DNA of 64,000 bases from Octopus vulgaris (Eukaryota): NCBI GenBank assembly GCA_951406725.2, contig OX597835.1, forward strand, positions 21,948,001 through 22,012,000, read 5' to 3'. The translations under genes and the position numbers were made by a program. Of the stretch, positions 13,921-27,397 are shown one piece after another. Position 1 is the first letter of the stretch. Each line of letters starts with the position of its first letter. The notes beneath the pieces were generated by a model. It saw only the letters and a list, made by a program, of their open reading frames with translations. It was not told the DNA's origin and searched no databases.

Positions 13921-14431
13921 ACCAGATTAGATAGACAGATAGATAAAACACATATATATGTATTACAGTATGTCTGTATACATGTATGTTTGTATATATT
14001 TTAATCCGTATATGTGACATGCTATCCACCCCATATACTATTTACAAATCTTAAAGTACAATATTCCTACCATGTGCTTTAAATAGCAGCCAACTCCTCG
14101 TTCAATTACACAAACGTGTCTTAAGAAAATAAACAAAAGCACATTCAATTATATAGAATATATCTTCCTCTGAAATCTCTCTGAAAAGAAAAAAAAAACA
14201 GACAGATTGATCACAAAACTGTAATGCTTTAGATCGATAGGTCTCAATAATTTTTTGCTTATTTTAAGTCGGGTGGACCCCATCATCACTTAAAATTTAA
14301 AAACTAATTTTATGAATGCTTCTTTTAAAATTCCTATTTTGCTTTCCAGACATAAATTTTTGATGGTTGAAATATGTAAAATGTTAGAGAAAGAAACCCA
14401 GCTGTTGCTGGCAATGAATAAATCTAAATAT

Positions 14432-14595
14432 AGGCACAGGAGTGGCTGTGTGGTAAGTGGCTTGCTTACCAGCCATTTGGTTCTGGGTTCAGTCCAACTA
14501 CACAGTACCTTCAGAAAGTGTCTTCTAGTGTAGCCTCAGGCCGACCAAAGCCTTGTGAGTGGATTTGTTCGACGGAAACTGAAAGAAACCTGTTG

Positions 14596-14631
<36 letters not shown>

Positions 14632-15530
14632 TGTATGTATGTATGTATGTATGTATGTATGTATGTATGTATGTATGTATGTATGTATGTATGTATGTAG
14701 GTATGTATGTATGTATGTATGTATGTATGTATGTATGTATGTATGTATGTATGTATGTATGTATGTATGTATGTATGTATGTATGTATGTATGTATGTAT
14801 GTATGTATGTATGTATGTATGTATGATGTATGTATGTAGGTATGTATGTATGATGTATGTATGTATGTATGTATGTATGTATGTATGTATGTATGTATGT
14901 ATGTATGTATCTATGTATGTATGTATGTATGTATGTATGTATGTATGTATGTATGTATGTATGTATGTATGTATGTATGTATCTATGTATGTATGTATGT
15001 ATGTATGTATGTATGTATGTATGTATGTATGTAGGTATGTATGTATGTATGTATGTATGTATGTATGTATGTATGTATGTATGTATGTATGTATGTATGT
15101 ATGTATGTATGTAGGTATGTATGTATGTATGTATGTATGTATGTATGTATGTATGATGTATGTATGTATGTATGTATGTATGTATGTGTATGTATGTATG
15201 ATGTATGTATGTATGTATGTATGATGTATGTATGTATGTATGATGTATGTATGTATGTATGTATGTATGTATGTATGATGTATGTATGTATGTATGTATG
15301 TAGGTATATATTTGTGTGTCTATGTTTGTCCCCCCAACATCGCTTGACAACCGATGCTTGTGTGTTTACGTCCCTGTCACTTAGCGGTTCAGCAAGAGAG
15401 ACCGGGAGAATAAGAACTAGGCTTACAAAGAATAAGTCCTGGGGGTCGATTTGCTTGACAAAAGGTGGTGCTCCAGCCTGGCCACAGTCAAATGACTGAA
15501 ACAAATAAAACAAGAAAAGAATAAAAGAAT
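14432..15530 (+). mobile_element. SINE family B copy with ~700-bp internal (TATG)n expansion
   Basis: SINE head 14432-14600, (TATG)n 14604-15305, SINE body resumes at 15310. Confidence 0.8.
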
Positions 15531-16599
15531 AAAGTAAGTTTTTTTTTTTTTTCGTGGACCCTTAATATACAACTGCAGATCCCCAGTTTACTATTTTGCT
15601 TGTGTGAACTCCACAACCACCACAACCACCACTGCTACTACCACTGCCACAACCATCACAACCACCACCACCACCACCACCACCACCATCACCACCGCTC
15701 CCAACCTTATATAGATTCTGGTTGAAAGCCACTGCTTCACATAATAGTTCTGCTCAGTTAAGGCTGTAAGAAGTAAAGTTCCTTTCAGAGTCATATAGAC
15801 TTATAAGGGCCAATTTCCCCAGTTTCCCTGGCGGATAAATTCCCCACCAGGATGGGACGCCAGTCCCTCACAGGATTAACTCATTTTTGCCAGCAGAGTA
15901 GACTGGCGCAATGGGAAATGAAGGGTTGTGCTCGAGAACACAACACATTGCCCAGTCCAGGAATCGAAACCACAATCTTACGATCATGAGTCCAACACCC
16001 TCACCACTAAGCCACACAAATTAAGGCTGACCTTGGGCTAAACAGCAACATCAGCAGCAGCAGTAAATTGAACAACAGTGTAATATCTATTTCTTTACTA
16101 CCCACAAGGGGCTAAACACAGAGGGGACAAACAAGGACAGACATAGGTATTAAGTCGATTACATCGACCCCAGTGCATAACTGGTACTTAATTTATCGAC
16201 CCCGAAAGGATGAAAGGCAAAGTCGACCTCGGCGGAATTTGAACCCAGAACGCAACGGCAGACGAAATATACGGCTACGCATTTCGCCCAGCTACGCATT
16301 CTGCCAGCTTGCCGCCAACAGTGTAATATCATGTGATTTGAGTGGATTAATATTGAAAGAAAATAAACGAGGTTTGCACTAACAATCACCATTTTTGCTT
16401 TATAGAAGGACATTAGTTTCTATTGATTTCTGTATATTGAACGATTATTGAGTTAGTTTGAGGGGTGTAAGTGTGTGCGAGTGTCGTTGTGGCAGGGAGG
16501 GGGTGAGGCACTGTACAGGTAGGTATAAGCAATCATATAAATACAGTGTACAGGTGTGTGGGCGTGTGTGTGTGTGTGAGTGTGTGTGTGTGCATGTGT

Positions 16600-16658
<59 letters not shown>

Positions 16659-16683
16659 TGTGTGTGTGTCTGTGTGTGTGTCT

Positions 16684-16727
<44 letters not shown>

Positions 16728-16974
16728 AGATTCTTATGTTTATCCATTTCAAGGTGTGGTCGCTTTTTCTTTACCTGAAAAGAAAAGAAATTTCAGTTAT
16801 TTATGTTGTTACAGATGTCTCATTTTCTCTACCTGTAGGTCAATATATATATATATACCTGTACCTATATCTAAATCTATATCTATTTGTCTATCAGTCC
16901 GTCTATCTATCTACATTGACAAACATATATAAACACACACACACACACATACAGACATGTAGGAAGTAAAATAG

Positions 16975-17329
16975 ACACCTTTAATTTTCAAAATCTTTTA
17001 TTTGATGTTAATTGGTTGAAGGAGAGGTTTTCTTCTAGCTGCTCATCCATGATACCCAAGCTTATGCAGATATGTAACACACGTTCTTGGACTAACTTCT
17101 AGCTGTTTTGCAATGTCAGAAGCCTTCGAATGAGGTTCTTTTTCCACAATTCTCTTCAATTCTCTTCTCTTCATTTCTGAGGGCCCAGGTCGGCCAGGAT
17201 GAGAATCTGTTGATTCTTTTCCTTGGCTTTTGAATTGCACTATAATTCTATTAACAGTAAAGAGAGTGATTTGAAGATTTTCGGCAATTTACACAGCACC
17301 AGCACGGCTGCATTTATGCAGCACTGGCA

Positions 17330-17330
<1 letters not shown>
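16975..17330 (-). mobile_element. Tc1-like transposase N-terminal (HTH) fragment
   Basis: PGRPG...RELKRIVEKEP...IAKQLEVSPRT...LHKLGYHG, followed after a stop by AARRKP. Confidence 0.65.
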
Positions 17331-17392
<62 letters not shown>

Positions 17393-17398
<6 letters not shown>

Positions 17399-17824
17399 TT
17401 AGAGATAAAACCACTATTAGGCAAGTCATACAATGAAAAACTTAAGCCAATACATAAGATTATTTAATTTATATTATTTAAATATATAACAAAATTATTA
17501 AAATAATATAATTAATATAACACTACGATCGTTTCATTGATTAAACCTCGCCAAGTTAAATATTTAAACCACCTGATGAATGACTGTAACTCGGAAACAA
17601 TCGTAGTGTTATATTAATTATATTTTTTTAATAATTTTGTTATATATTTAAATAATATAAATTAAATAATCTTATGTATTGGCTTAAGTTTTTCATTGTA
17701 TGATTTGCCTAATAGTGGTTTTATCTCTAATTTAATATAATATAATTTTTTACTATAAAATTGGATTCAATCCTAAATCTGATTTTTCCCTGTAAGTTTA
17801 GATTTATTCCCTAATATTTATTAT

Positions 17825-17828
<4 letters not shown>
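17393..17828 (+). mobile_element. Fold-back element with hammerhead core in the loop, inserted in (TA)n
   Basis: ~143-bp inverted arms (17393-17535 / 17594-17737); cac-CTGATGA(17573)...GAAACAATCGTA-gtg; 3' tail shared with the 18.5 kb copy. Confidence 0.7.
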
Positions 17829-17911
<83 letters not shown>

Positions 17912-18519
17912 GAATTCACGAAAAAAACAAATGACGAAGATAGGTGGTGTAGAAAACAAACAGATGTATTAGTATAATGCTCAGGAATAGAAAAAGTCTT
18001 TTACATTTTGAGCCTACGCTCTTCCACAGAAAGGAACACAGAAAGAAACAAGGAGAGAAAAAAGATGTGTTTGGTGTATATATATACATACATACATACA
18101 TACTCTTTACTCTTTTTTTACTCTTTTACTTGTTTCAGTCATTTGACTGCGGCCATGCTGGAGCACCGCCTTTAATTGAGCAACTCGACCCCGGGACTTA
18201 TTCTTTTGTAAGCCCAGTACTTATTCTATCGGTCTCTTTTGCCGAACCACTAAGTAACGGGGACGTAAACACACCAGCATCGGTTGTCAAGCAATGCTAG
18301 GGGGGGACAAACACAGACACACAAACACACACACGCATATATATATATATATATACATATATACGACGGGCTTCTTTCAGTTTCCGTCTACCAAATCCAC
18401 TCACAAGGCTTTGGTTGGCCCGAGGCTATAGTAGAAGACACTATCCCAAGGTGCCACGCAGTGGGACTGAACCCGGAACCATGTGGTTGGTAAACAAGCT
18501 ACTCCTGCGCCTATATATA

Positions 18520-18870
18520 TAATATTAATTAGAGACAAAACCACTATTATGCAAATCAAACAAAGAAAGACTTAATCCAATACATAAAAAATTTTATATA
18601 AATTAAATATAATTAAGATATCCACTACGATCATTTCTTGTCACTTCTGATGAATGTCCATAGAAGTGACAAGAAACGATCGTAGTGGTAATCTTAATTA
18701 TATTTAATTTATATAAAATTTTTTATGTATTGGATTAAGTCTTTCTTTGTTTGATTTGCATAATAGTGGTTTTGTCTCTAATTAATATTATATTATATTT
18801 TACTATAAAATTGGATTCAATCCTAAATCTGATTTTTCCCTGTAAATTTGGATTTATTCCTAATATTTAT

Positions 18871-18873
<3 letters not shown>
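18520..18873 (+). mobile_element. Fold-back element with hammerhead core, related to 17393-17828
   Basis: ~128-bp inverted arms; CTGATGA(18647)-a-tgtc...gaca-a-GAAACGATCGTA-gtggt; same tail ttactataaaattggattcaatcctaaatctgatttttccctgtaa. Confidence 0.7.
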
Positions 18874-18910
<37 letters not shown>

Positions 18911-19988
18911 TTATATTTATATTTACTTACATTTATATTCTCTTTTTTATATATATTCTACTTATTATACAACATTACTCTTTTATGTACACTTTTTTAT
19001 GTACATTCCTTTATGTACACTGATTTGTTCTGCTTTTTTATGTTTAACCCTACAGTCTCTTATGTGGTGGTTTAATAAAGTATGTGATTGAGTATTATCT
19101 GGTAATTGATATTTGATTTAGATGTATTTCTCCATTTTCTTATCTTGTATAATATATTTCACTTGGGCATTGTGTGACTAATAGCCTGGTGTAGAGCTCA
19201 ATATCCTTATGTCTCAGAATGGTGTGTTAGCAGAGTATAGAGCAGTAATAAGAAAGAGAGATGACAAAGGAATGGAATAAACAATAATCTTTAACAGCCG
19301 TTTCTGCTATCAGATTCAGTGGATTCATAGCTGAATGCCTGAATGACACCTTATATAGCTTCATCAGAGCCTAGCCCACTGAATCTAATTACAGAAATAC
19401 CTGCAAGCGAATGAAGTTCGTGAAATAATCGTCTATTCCATTCTTTTAAATATATCATGTCACATGATCACATGACCGACCAGACTATCAGGTGTCGTTA
19501 CACATCGCTAGTCACAATGCGCTTTTGCATTGTTTTAATCTTCAAATGACACCATACTGCTGGCTAGGTCAGTAGGCACCTTCACCACGTAAAATGCACC
19601 AATCCGACCGTGGCTGTTGCCAGCCTCGCCTGGCACCTGTGCAGGTGGCACGTAAAAAGCACCCACTACACTCACGGAGTGGTTGGCGTTAGGAAGGGCA
19701 TCCAGCCATAGAAACACTGCCAGATAAGACTGGAGCCTGGTGCAGCCTTCTGGCTTCCCAGATCCCCGGTCGAATCGTACAACCCATGCTAGCATGGAGA
19801 ACGGACGTTAAACGATGATGATGATGATGATGATATATACGAAGGGCATCCAGGTGTAGAAACATTGCCAGATAAGACTGGAGCCTGGTGTAGCCTTCTG
19901 GCTTCCCAGATCCCCAGTCAAACCGTCCAATCCATGCTAGCATGGAGAACGGACGTTAAACAATGATGATGATGATGATGATGATATA

Positions 19989-20040
<52 letters not shown>

Positions 20041-21128
20041 ATCACATAAATTTATTGTGAAGTATGCATGTGTCTGTATTATACGTATCACCTCCTCTTA
20101 ATTCATTTCACTGAAATATTATTATTCAACTCAACCTACATCCCCATATTTTTACCTGAACATACTTCACTGAGTGGCTCTTTCCGCCTGACTGATTTTA
20201 TTAATTCATGTACATGACTCAGGCTGATAATTTTTCAACACCACAGCTTGCTTTTTCCTTCCTTTCTCCTCATCACATGCCTTCCCTCTGCCTCCCACTT
20301 CTTCTCTCCCACTCTCTTTGTCTTCTATTACATTATGTGTGCATGTGTGTGTGTGTGTGTGTGTGCATTTTGCTATTAGGTTTATTGCTCTATGCCAGCT
20401 TGGGTTAGAAGAATGCATTATTGTGACATTGTTTTACTGCTGGATGCCCTTCCTGTTGCTAACCCTCACCATTTTGTGAATGGCAAAACTGGCAGGTAAT
20501 TTACCAACAAGGTAAGTGAGAACAACCTAACTATTTGAAATGCAGTAATTTTGGGGGAAAGATAAAAGCAATCAAACACACACAAGTGTCAGCATCATCG
20601 TTTAACATCTGCTTTCCATGCTGGCATGGGTTGGACGGTTTGACTGAGCGCTGGTGAGCCAGGAGGCCACACCAGGCTCCAATCTGATCTGGCAAGGTTT
20701 CTACAGTTGGATGCCCTTCCTAATGCCAACCACTCCGAGTATGTACTGGGTGCTTTTATGTGCCACCGGCATGAGGGCCAGTCAGGTGGTACTGGCAATA
20801 ATCACGCTCAAATGGTGGTTTTTACATGCCACTGGCATGGGAGCCAGTCAGTTGCCCTGGTAACGATCATGCTCAGGTGGTGCTTTTAACGTTCCACTGG
20901 CACGGGTGCCAATCATGTGTTATTGTCATTGGCCACGTCAACAATTTTGATTTCACTTGCCTCAACAGGTCTTCGTAAGCAAAGTTTATTGTCCAATGAA
21001 TGAAGGGTACCCATAAGTGGGCTGGTTATACACCACTGGCATAGGCCACAGGTTATGGTCTCACTTAGCTTGACGGGTCTTCTCGATGGATTCTCCCATT
21101 GTTAGACGACATATAAGGGTTCGACAGT

Positions 21129-21505
21129 GGAGGCGCAATGGCCCAGTGGTTAGGGCAGCGGACTCGCGGTCGTAGGATCACGGTTTCAATTCCCAGACCG
21201 GGCGTTGTGAGTGTTTATTGAGCAAAAACACCTAAAGCTCCATGAGGCTCCGGCAGGGATGGTGGTGATCCCTGCTGTACTCTTTCACCCCAACTGTCTC
21301 TCACTCTTACTTCCTGTTTCTGTTGTACCTGTATTTCAAAGGGCCGGCTTTGTCACTCTCTGTGTCACGCTGAATATCCCCGAGAACTACGTTAAGGGTA
21401 CACGTGTCTGTGGAATGCTCAGCCACTTACACGTTAATTTCACGAGCAGGCTGTTCCGTTGATCGGATCAACCGGAACCCTCGTCGTCATAACCGACGGA
21501 GTGCT
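21129..21505 (+). mobile_element. tRNA-derived SINE family E (related head at 30840-30969 -)
   Basis: ggaggcgcaatggcccagtggttaggg...ggtttcaattccc head, repeated in reverse at 30.9 kb. Confidence 0.7.
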
Positions 21506-21926
21506 TCCATCCATCCATAAGAGTTTGACAATTTCTTACTGAACATCCACAGATGGTTCGTTTATAGTGATCAAATGTTTGTGTAGATATAAGCTCACTC
21601 CCTCCATCAAATTGACATTACCTGTACAGGTGCAACTGGGTGCCACATGTCAGATGTCGAAATGGTCGCAGAGCAACATGAAATGGAGTGCTTTGCTCAA
21701 GGACACAATGCAATGCCCACTATGCCATGTGCCTTCACATATAAATATATATGTAGGTGCAGACATGGCTGTGTGGTAAGAAGCTCGCTTCCCAATCTCA
21801 TGGTTCCATGTTCAGTCCCACCGCATGATACCTTTGGCAAGTGTCCTTAGGCTTACCAAAGTCTTGTGAGTGAATTTAGTAGACAGAAACTGAAAGAAGC
21901 CTGTTGTGTGTATGTATGTATGTGTG

Positions 21927-21957
<31 letters not shown>

Positions 21958-23834
21958 CATTGTGCCTATTTGTCTCCCATCACCTCTTGACAACCAGTGT
22001 TGCTATGTTTATGCCCTCATAACTTAGTGGTTCAGCAAAGGATACTGATAGAATAAGTATTAGGCTTGAAAATAAGTCCTGGGATTGAATTGTTCAGCAA
22101 AACCATTTCAAAACAGTGCTCCAGCATATACATATATATACATATATACATATATGCATACATATACATGTGGCACGTAAAAAGCATCATTCAAGTATAA
22201 CTGATACCAGTGCCGTCTGACTGGCACCTGTGCAGGTGGCACATAAAAAGAACCATTAGGGTGTGGTTGATACCAGTGCCACCTAACTGGCTCCCATACC
22301 AGTGGGATGTAAAAAGCACCCACTACATTCTCGGAGTGGTTGGCATTAGGAAGGGCATCCAGCTGTAGAAACCTTGCCAGATTGGATTGGAGCCTGGCGC
22401 AACCTCCTGACTCGCCAGTCCTCAGTCAAACCATCCAACCTATGGCATATATATATATATAAGTGAAGGCACATGGTTCAGTGGTTAGAGCATCGGGCAC
22501 GCAATCATGAGGTAATGAGTTCAATTCCTGGAACTTTCCTGGAACTTTCTATCCTTTACTGTAAGAATCAGTCATGCCAAGCATTTAAGTGGAGACTGAA
22601 GATGTGGGATGTGGAGTCTGCTGCCTGCAAGATGGGGCAGCGTCACACTACCTATTTCTTTATTACCCACAAGGGGCTAAACACAGAGGGGACAAACAGG
22701 GACAGACATAGGTATTAAGTCGATTGCATCGACCCCAGTGCGTAACTGGTACTTAATTTATCGACCCCCAAAAGAATGAAAGGCAAAGTTGACCTTGGCG
22801 GAATTTGAACTCAGAACGTAGCGGCAGACGAAATATCGTTTCACACTACCCTTGTAATGTAAGGACCTACCTTGATAAGATTTTGCCAGACGGATCAGAT
22901 GCAGAGATTCAGAACACCCTCCACATTCACCAGGTTTCACACCACTAGACATTTTATATGAGGATACTTAAAAGACATTTATTGTACAAAACCAGCTACA
23001 GTCAATGAATTGAGGGCAGCCATTAAACAAGAACATGCTTGAACACAGAATTAAATATTTTGTCATGTTTTACTTTCATTGCCAGCCATTATCAGCAGTG
23101 CATGAACCAGAACAGTCATAATGAAGCAATTCAGCTGTCTGTAGATTCTATGACATTTTGGAAATAAAATGTACTTTAATAAAGTACACTGAATTTTATA
23201 ATTATTCAAATGATAGTGTGTGTGTGTGTATTTTTTTATCCTTTCAGCTGTCTCAGTCATTTGGGCTGTGGCCATGCTGGAGTACTGCTCTGAATGGGTT
23301 TAGTTGAACAAATCAATCCCCACCCACCCAGGATTTTTGTTGTTTTAAGCCTTGTATTTATTCTATCAGTCTCTTTTGCTGAACTGCTAAGTTATGGAGA
23401 TGTAAACTCACCAACACTGGTTGTCTAGTAGTGATAGTGGGTGGATAAACAAATACACAAAGATGCATACACACACACACACACATGTGTACATATAAAT
23501 AAGCGACAGGCTTCTTTCAGTTTCCATCTATCAAATCCACTCACAAAGCTTTGGTTGGCTCGAAGTTATAGAAGAAGACACTTGCCCAAGGTGCCACGCA
23601 CCTTTTAAGCCCAGCCAAGCTTTTACACATTTTATTACATACTAGACAACTGTGCTGACTGGCAGGAGAGACAGGTGCCACCGTATGCACTCTCTTAACA
23701 TGTCTTTTTAGGCCTCCAACTGAGAGGCACACCCTTCCACATATGAATATAAAAGTATATTTTATATGAGGATACTTAAAAGACATTTATTGTACAAAAC
23801 CAGCTACAGTCAATGAAGTGAGGGCAGCCATTAA

Positions 23835-24054
23835 CCCTTTAGTGTTTAAACCGGCTATATCCGGCCTGAATATTCTACTCATTTTATGCTCAAACTGGCC
23901 AGAACCAGTATCTCACACCTACCCTGCAATGTCATTCTAAAAACAAACAATTACATCTTTCAAATTTTGAAACTACAAGATAATATCAAATAGATTTTTT
24001 TAACTGTAAATGAATAAGGATTACTTATGACATATTAATTTGAACGCTAAAGGG
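23835..24054 (+). mobile_element. piggyBac-type MITE
   Basis: TTAA|CCCTTTAG...CTAAAGGG|TTAA; an empty-site paralogue is present near 23022. Confidence 0.8.
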
Positions 24055-24705
24055 TTAAACAAAAACATGCTTAAACACAGATAAAAAAAACTCATATAAA
24101 AGTATCCTCATATACACACATATTCACACATATATATGCACGTACGCACACTACCAGTTTAAATTGCCCGCCTAAAGTGCATATATATGTGTGAATATGT
24201 GCATATATGTAAGTATTCATATATTGTATATCTCTTTACTCTTTTTACTCTTTTACTTGTTTCAGTCATTTGACTGCGGCCATGCTGGAGCACCGCCTTT
24301 AATCGAGCAACTCGACCCCCGGGACTTATTCTTTTGTAAGCCCAGTACTTATTCTATCGGTCTCTTTTGCTGAACCGCTAAGTAACGGGGATATAAACAC
24401 ACCAGCATCGGTTGTCAAGCAATGCTAGGGGGACAAACACACTCACACAAACACACACACGCATATATATATATATATATATACATATATACGACAGGCT
24501 TCTTTCAGTTTCCGTCTACCAAATCCACTCACAAGGCTTTGGTCGGCCCGAGGCTATAGTAGAAGACACTTGCCCAAGGTGCCGCACAGTGGGACTGAAC
24601 CCAGAACCATGTGGTTGGTAAACAAGCTACTTACCACACAGCCACTCCTGTGCCTATATATTTATATATATATATATATTTATATTTATGTACTATTTTG
24701 CATGT

Positions 24706-24763
24706 ATTCCACTGATGAGGCAAAGCATTTCTTATGCAAAGCGAGAAATCCGAGATCTGGAAT
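24706..24763 (+). ncRNA. Type I hammerhead ribozyme candidate
   Basis: attcca-CTGATGA-ggcaaagcat ttctt atgcaaagcga-GAAA-tccgag-ATC-tggaat: perfect 6-bp stem I, 3-bp stem III, AUC site. Confidence 0.65.
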
Positions 24764-24928
24764 TATCCAGTAATTTTTTGCTAGTTTATTTTGTCTTTTT
24801 GTCTTCTCTTCTGGTGTTGTATGAACATTTAATGTGGTTTTAGAATCAGGTTTTGGCTGCTATATGTAGCATGGTGGTATCTTTTAGATACCCTTAAGTA
24901 TAATTTTAATAATAATTATATATGTATG

Positions 24929-24961
<33 letters not shown>

Positions 24962-24966
<5 letters not shown>

Positions 24967-25146
24967 AGATCGTTAGCCACTACACACATTTTTTTTCTCT
25001 CCTTGTTTTTTCTGTGTACCTTTCTGTAGAAGAGCATAGGCTCGAAACGTAAAAGACTTTTTCTATTCTTGAGCGTTATACTAATACATCTGTTTGTTTT
25101 GTACACCACCTGTCTTCGTCTTTTGCTTTTTTCGTAAACTTTCCCT
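24962..25146 (+). mobile_element. Short (TA)n-inserted element with variant hammerhead core (other copies 3641-3846 +, 17915-18075 -, 28360-28460 +, 28480-28680 +, 35960-36095 -)
   Basis: cttt-CTGTAGA-a-gagc-atag-gctc-GAAACGTA-aaag followed by TTCYTGAGCG-N5-CTAATA. Confidence 0.6.
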
Positions 25147-26058
25147 ATATATATATATATATATATATATATGTAAAGAGAGAGAGAGAGAGATAAAGAG
25201 GTGGCTTATTAGCAATAAATTTGCCTTTATATATATATAAATGCCTGAAGGTTTGCAAATCTAATAGAGGCTTCAAGAGACATTTTAAGATCCACAAAGA
25301 TCAGAACTTATCTGCAGCTCTTGGTGGTCCAAATCAGATATGCAATCTATGTGGGTATCTTTTCAGAACATTGTCAGGCTTAAATAGTTACATCAGATGC
25401 CATGATTGTTCTAAGTTGTAGGTACAGGAAGTGGTCATACTCTGAATATGGAGCAGACAACCAACACTGTTTATACACACACACACACATACACACTCAA
25501 ACACACACACACACACACACACTCACATATGTATATATATATACATATATATATAAATGTACATATGGCATTGACAAATATAGGTATATAGTACCATGCA
25601 CCATAAATTCCAAATTTACTAAAATTATCTCGGCCACTAGATGTGTCATAATTACTGAATAGCAATTAGGACTAATTCTACTTGAGAAGAGGACACAATC
25701 TCAGGATGCAAGAATTCTTCAAAGTTGACATGCTTCTACACACAAAAGAGCAGAACACATTTACAGCTGAGGCACTTTGCATGATTTAAACAAAAAAAAG
25801 AAATGAATCAGTAGCCAGACTGGACAGTGTCACCTCTTTCTTTCTCTTTCTCACTCTTTCTCTCTCTCCCTTTATCCCTCTCTTTCTTTTTCTCTGTGTT
25901 TATACACAATCTGTCAATGCTCATTGTCACCAAGTCATTACTGAAGATGCCATTATCATCATAATCATCATCATCCTCATCACAACCATCATCAACATCA
26001 ACATCATAAATCATTACCAATATAAATATATACATATAAATATATATGTGTGTGTGTA

Positions 26059-26156
<98 letters not shown>

Positions 26157-26158
26157 TA

Positions 26159-26192
<34 letters not shown>

Positions 26193-26199
26193 ACATTAA

Positions 26200-27146
26200 A
26201 TATAAGGGCTTAGTAAAATAAAATTAATTACTTTGCCACATACTGAACTCATTAGAAATAGCAGCTAAAGAAATTTCTTCAGCTATTTCTAATACTTAAA
26301 GAAGATCTCTCTCAGATAGTGTTTGCCTCAACCAACTCACAAAGGTATGGGGGAAAAAACATTAAAAAATCAAGTGCAAAGGTTATTTGAGAACGTACGT
26401 TTCTAGATTAGTCAATTCAACATTTCTTTCGTCAGCTCAGAATTCCTTGAATCGGATTTGGGAACACTGAAAGTCGGGAGCATACCCTTTCTGCTTCTTA
26501 TCACTTCTAGAATTCTGCTCGAACTAAAAGTGCTACCAAATTCGAATATGCAAGCGAAGAATTTCTGCTCTCCCCTTTCCACCAGCGTGGGTTAAAATTG
26601 ACAAACACCATGTATTAACAGTGAAAACCACAGCATTTAACAGAGAAAGATGAATTATAATTTCAACAATTGAGGGTAAAATTAATTAATTATTAATCAA
26701 TTTCACCAAGTATTCAGTATGTAAAGGGACCATTTTAGGCGAATTCAAAATATTACATTATATATAAGGGCTTAGTAAAATAAATTACTTTGCCACATAC
26801 TGAACTCATTAGAAATAGCAGCTAAAGAAATTTCTTCAGCTATTTCTAATACTTAAAGAAGATCTCTCTCAGATAGTGTTTGCCTAAACCAACTCACAAA
26901 GGTATGGGGGAAAAAACATTAAAAAATCAAGTGCAAAGGTTATTTGAGAACGTATGTTTCTAGATTAGTCAATTCGACATTTCTTTCGTCAGCTCAGAAT
27001 TCCTTGAATCGGATTTGGGAACACTGAAAGTCGGGAGCATACCCTTTCTGCTTCTTATCACTTCTAGAATTCTGCTCGAACTAAAAGTGCTACCAAATTC
27101 GAATATGCAAGCGAAGAATTTCTGCTCTCCCTTTCCACCAGCGTGG
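26200..27146 (-). mobile_element. Tandem dimer of a ~557-nt unit, each copy carrying a hammerhead-like core (retrozyme-like)
   Basis: ~385-bp near-identical direct repeats (26204-26592 and 26766-27147); minus-strand tgag-CTGACGA...GAAACGTACGTT-ctca at 26387-26439 and 26945-26996; flanked by (TA)n. Confidence 0.65.
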
Positions 27147-27227
<81 letters not shown>

Positions 27228-27353
27228 TATACACATATATATATATATAAGTATATGAAAGAATGGAGTTGAACGATTAGTTAACAAATATCTACCCAGG
27301 TATCGGTTATCTTTCGAATTATCCTTAATAAGATAATTCATTCAATTACTCAA

Positions 27354-27397
<44 letters not shown>

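Noticed and set aside
25221-25421. C2H2 zinc-finger-like ORF (also 23600-23750 on -)
   Set aside because: Short, degenerate, no TGEKP linkers or splice support; more like the C-terminal zinc fingers of decayed LINEs than a ZNF gene.
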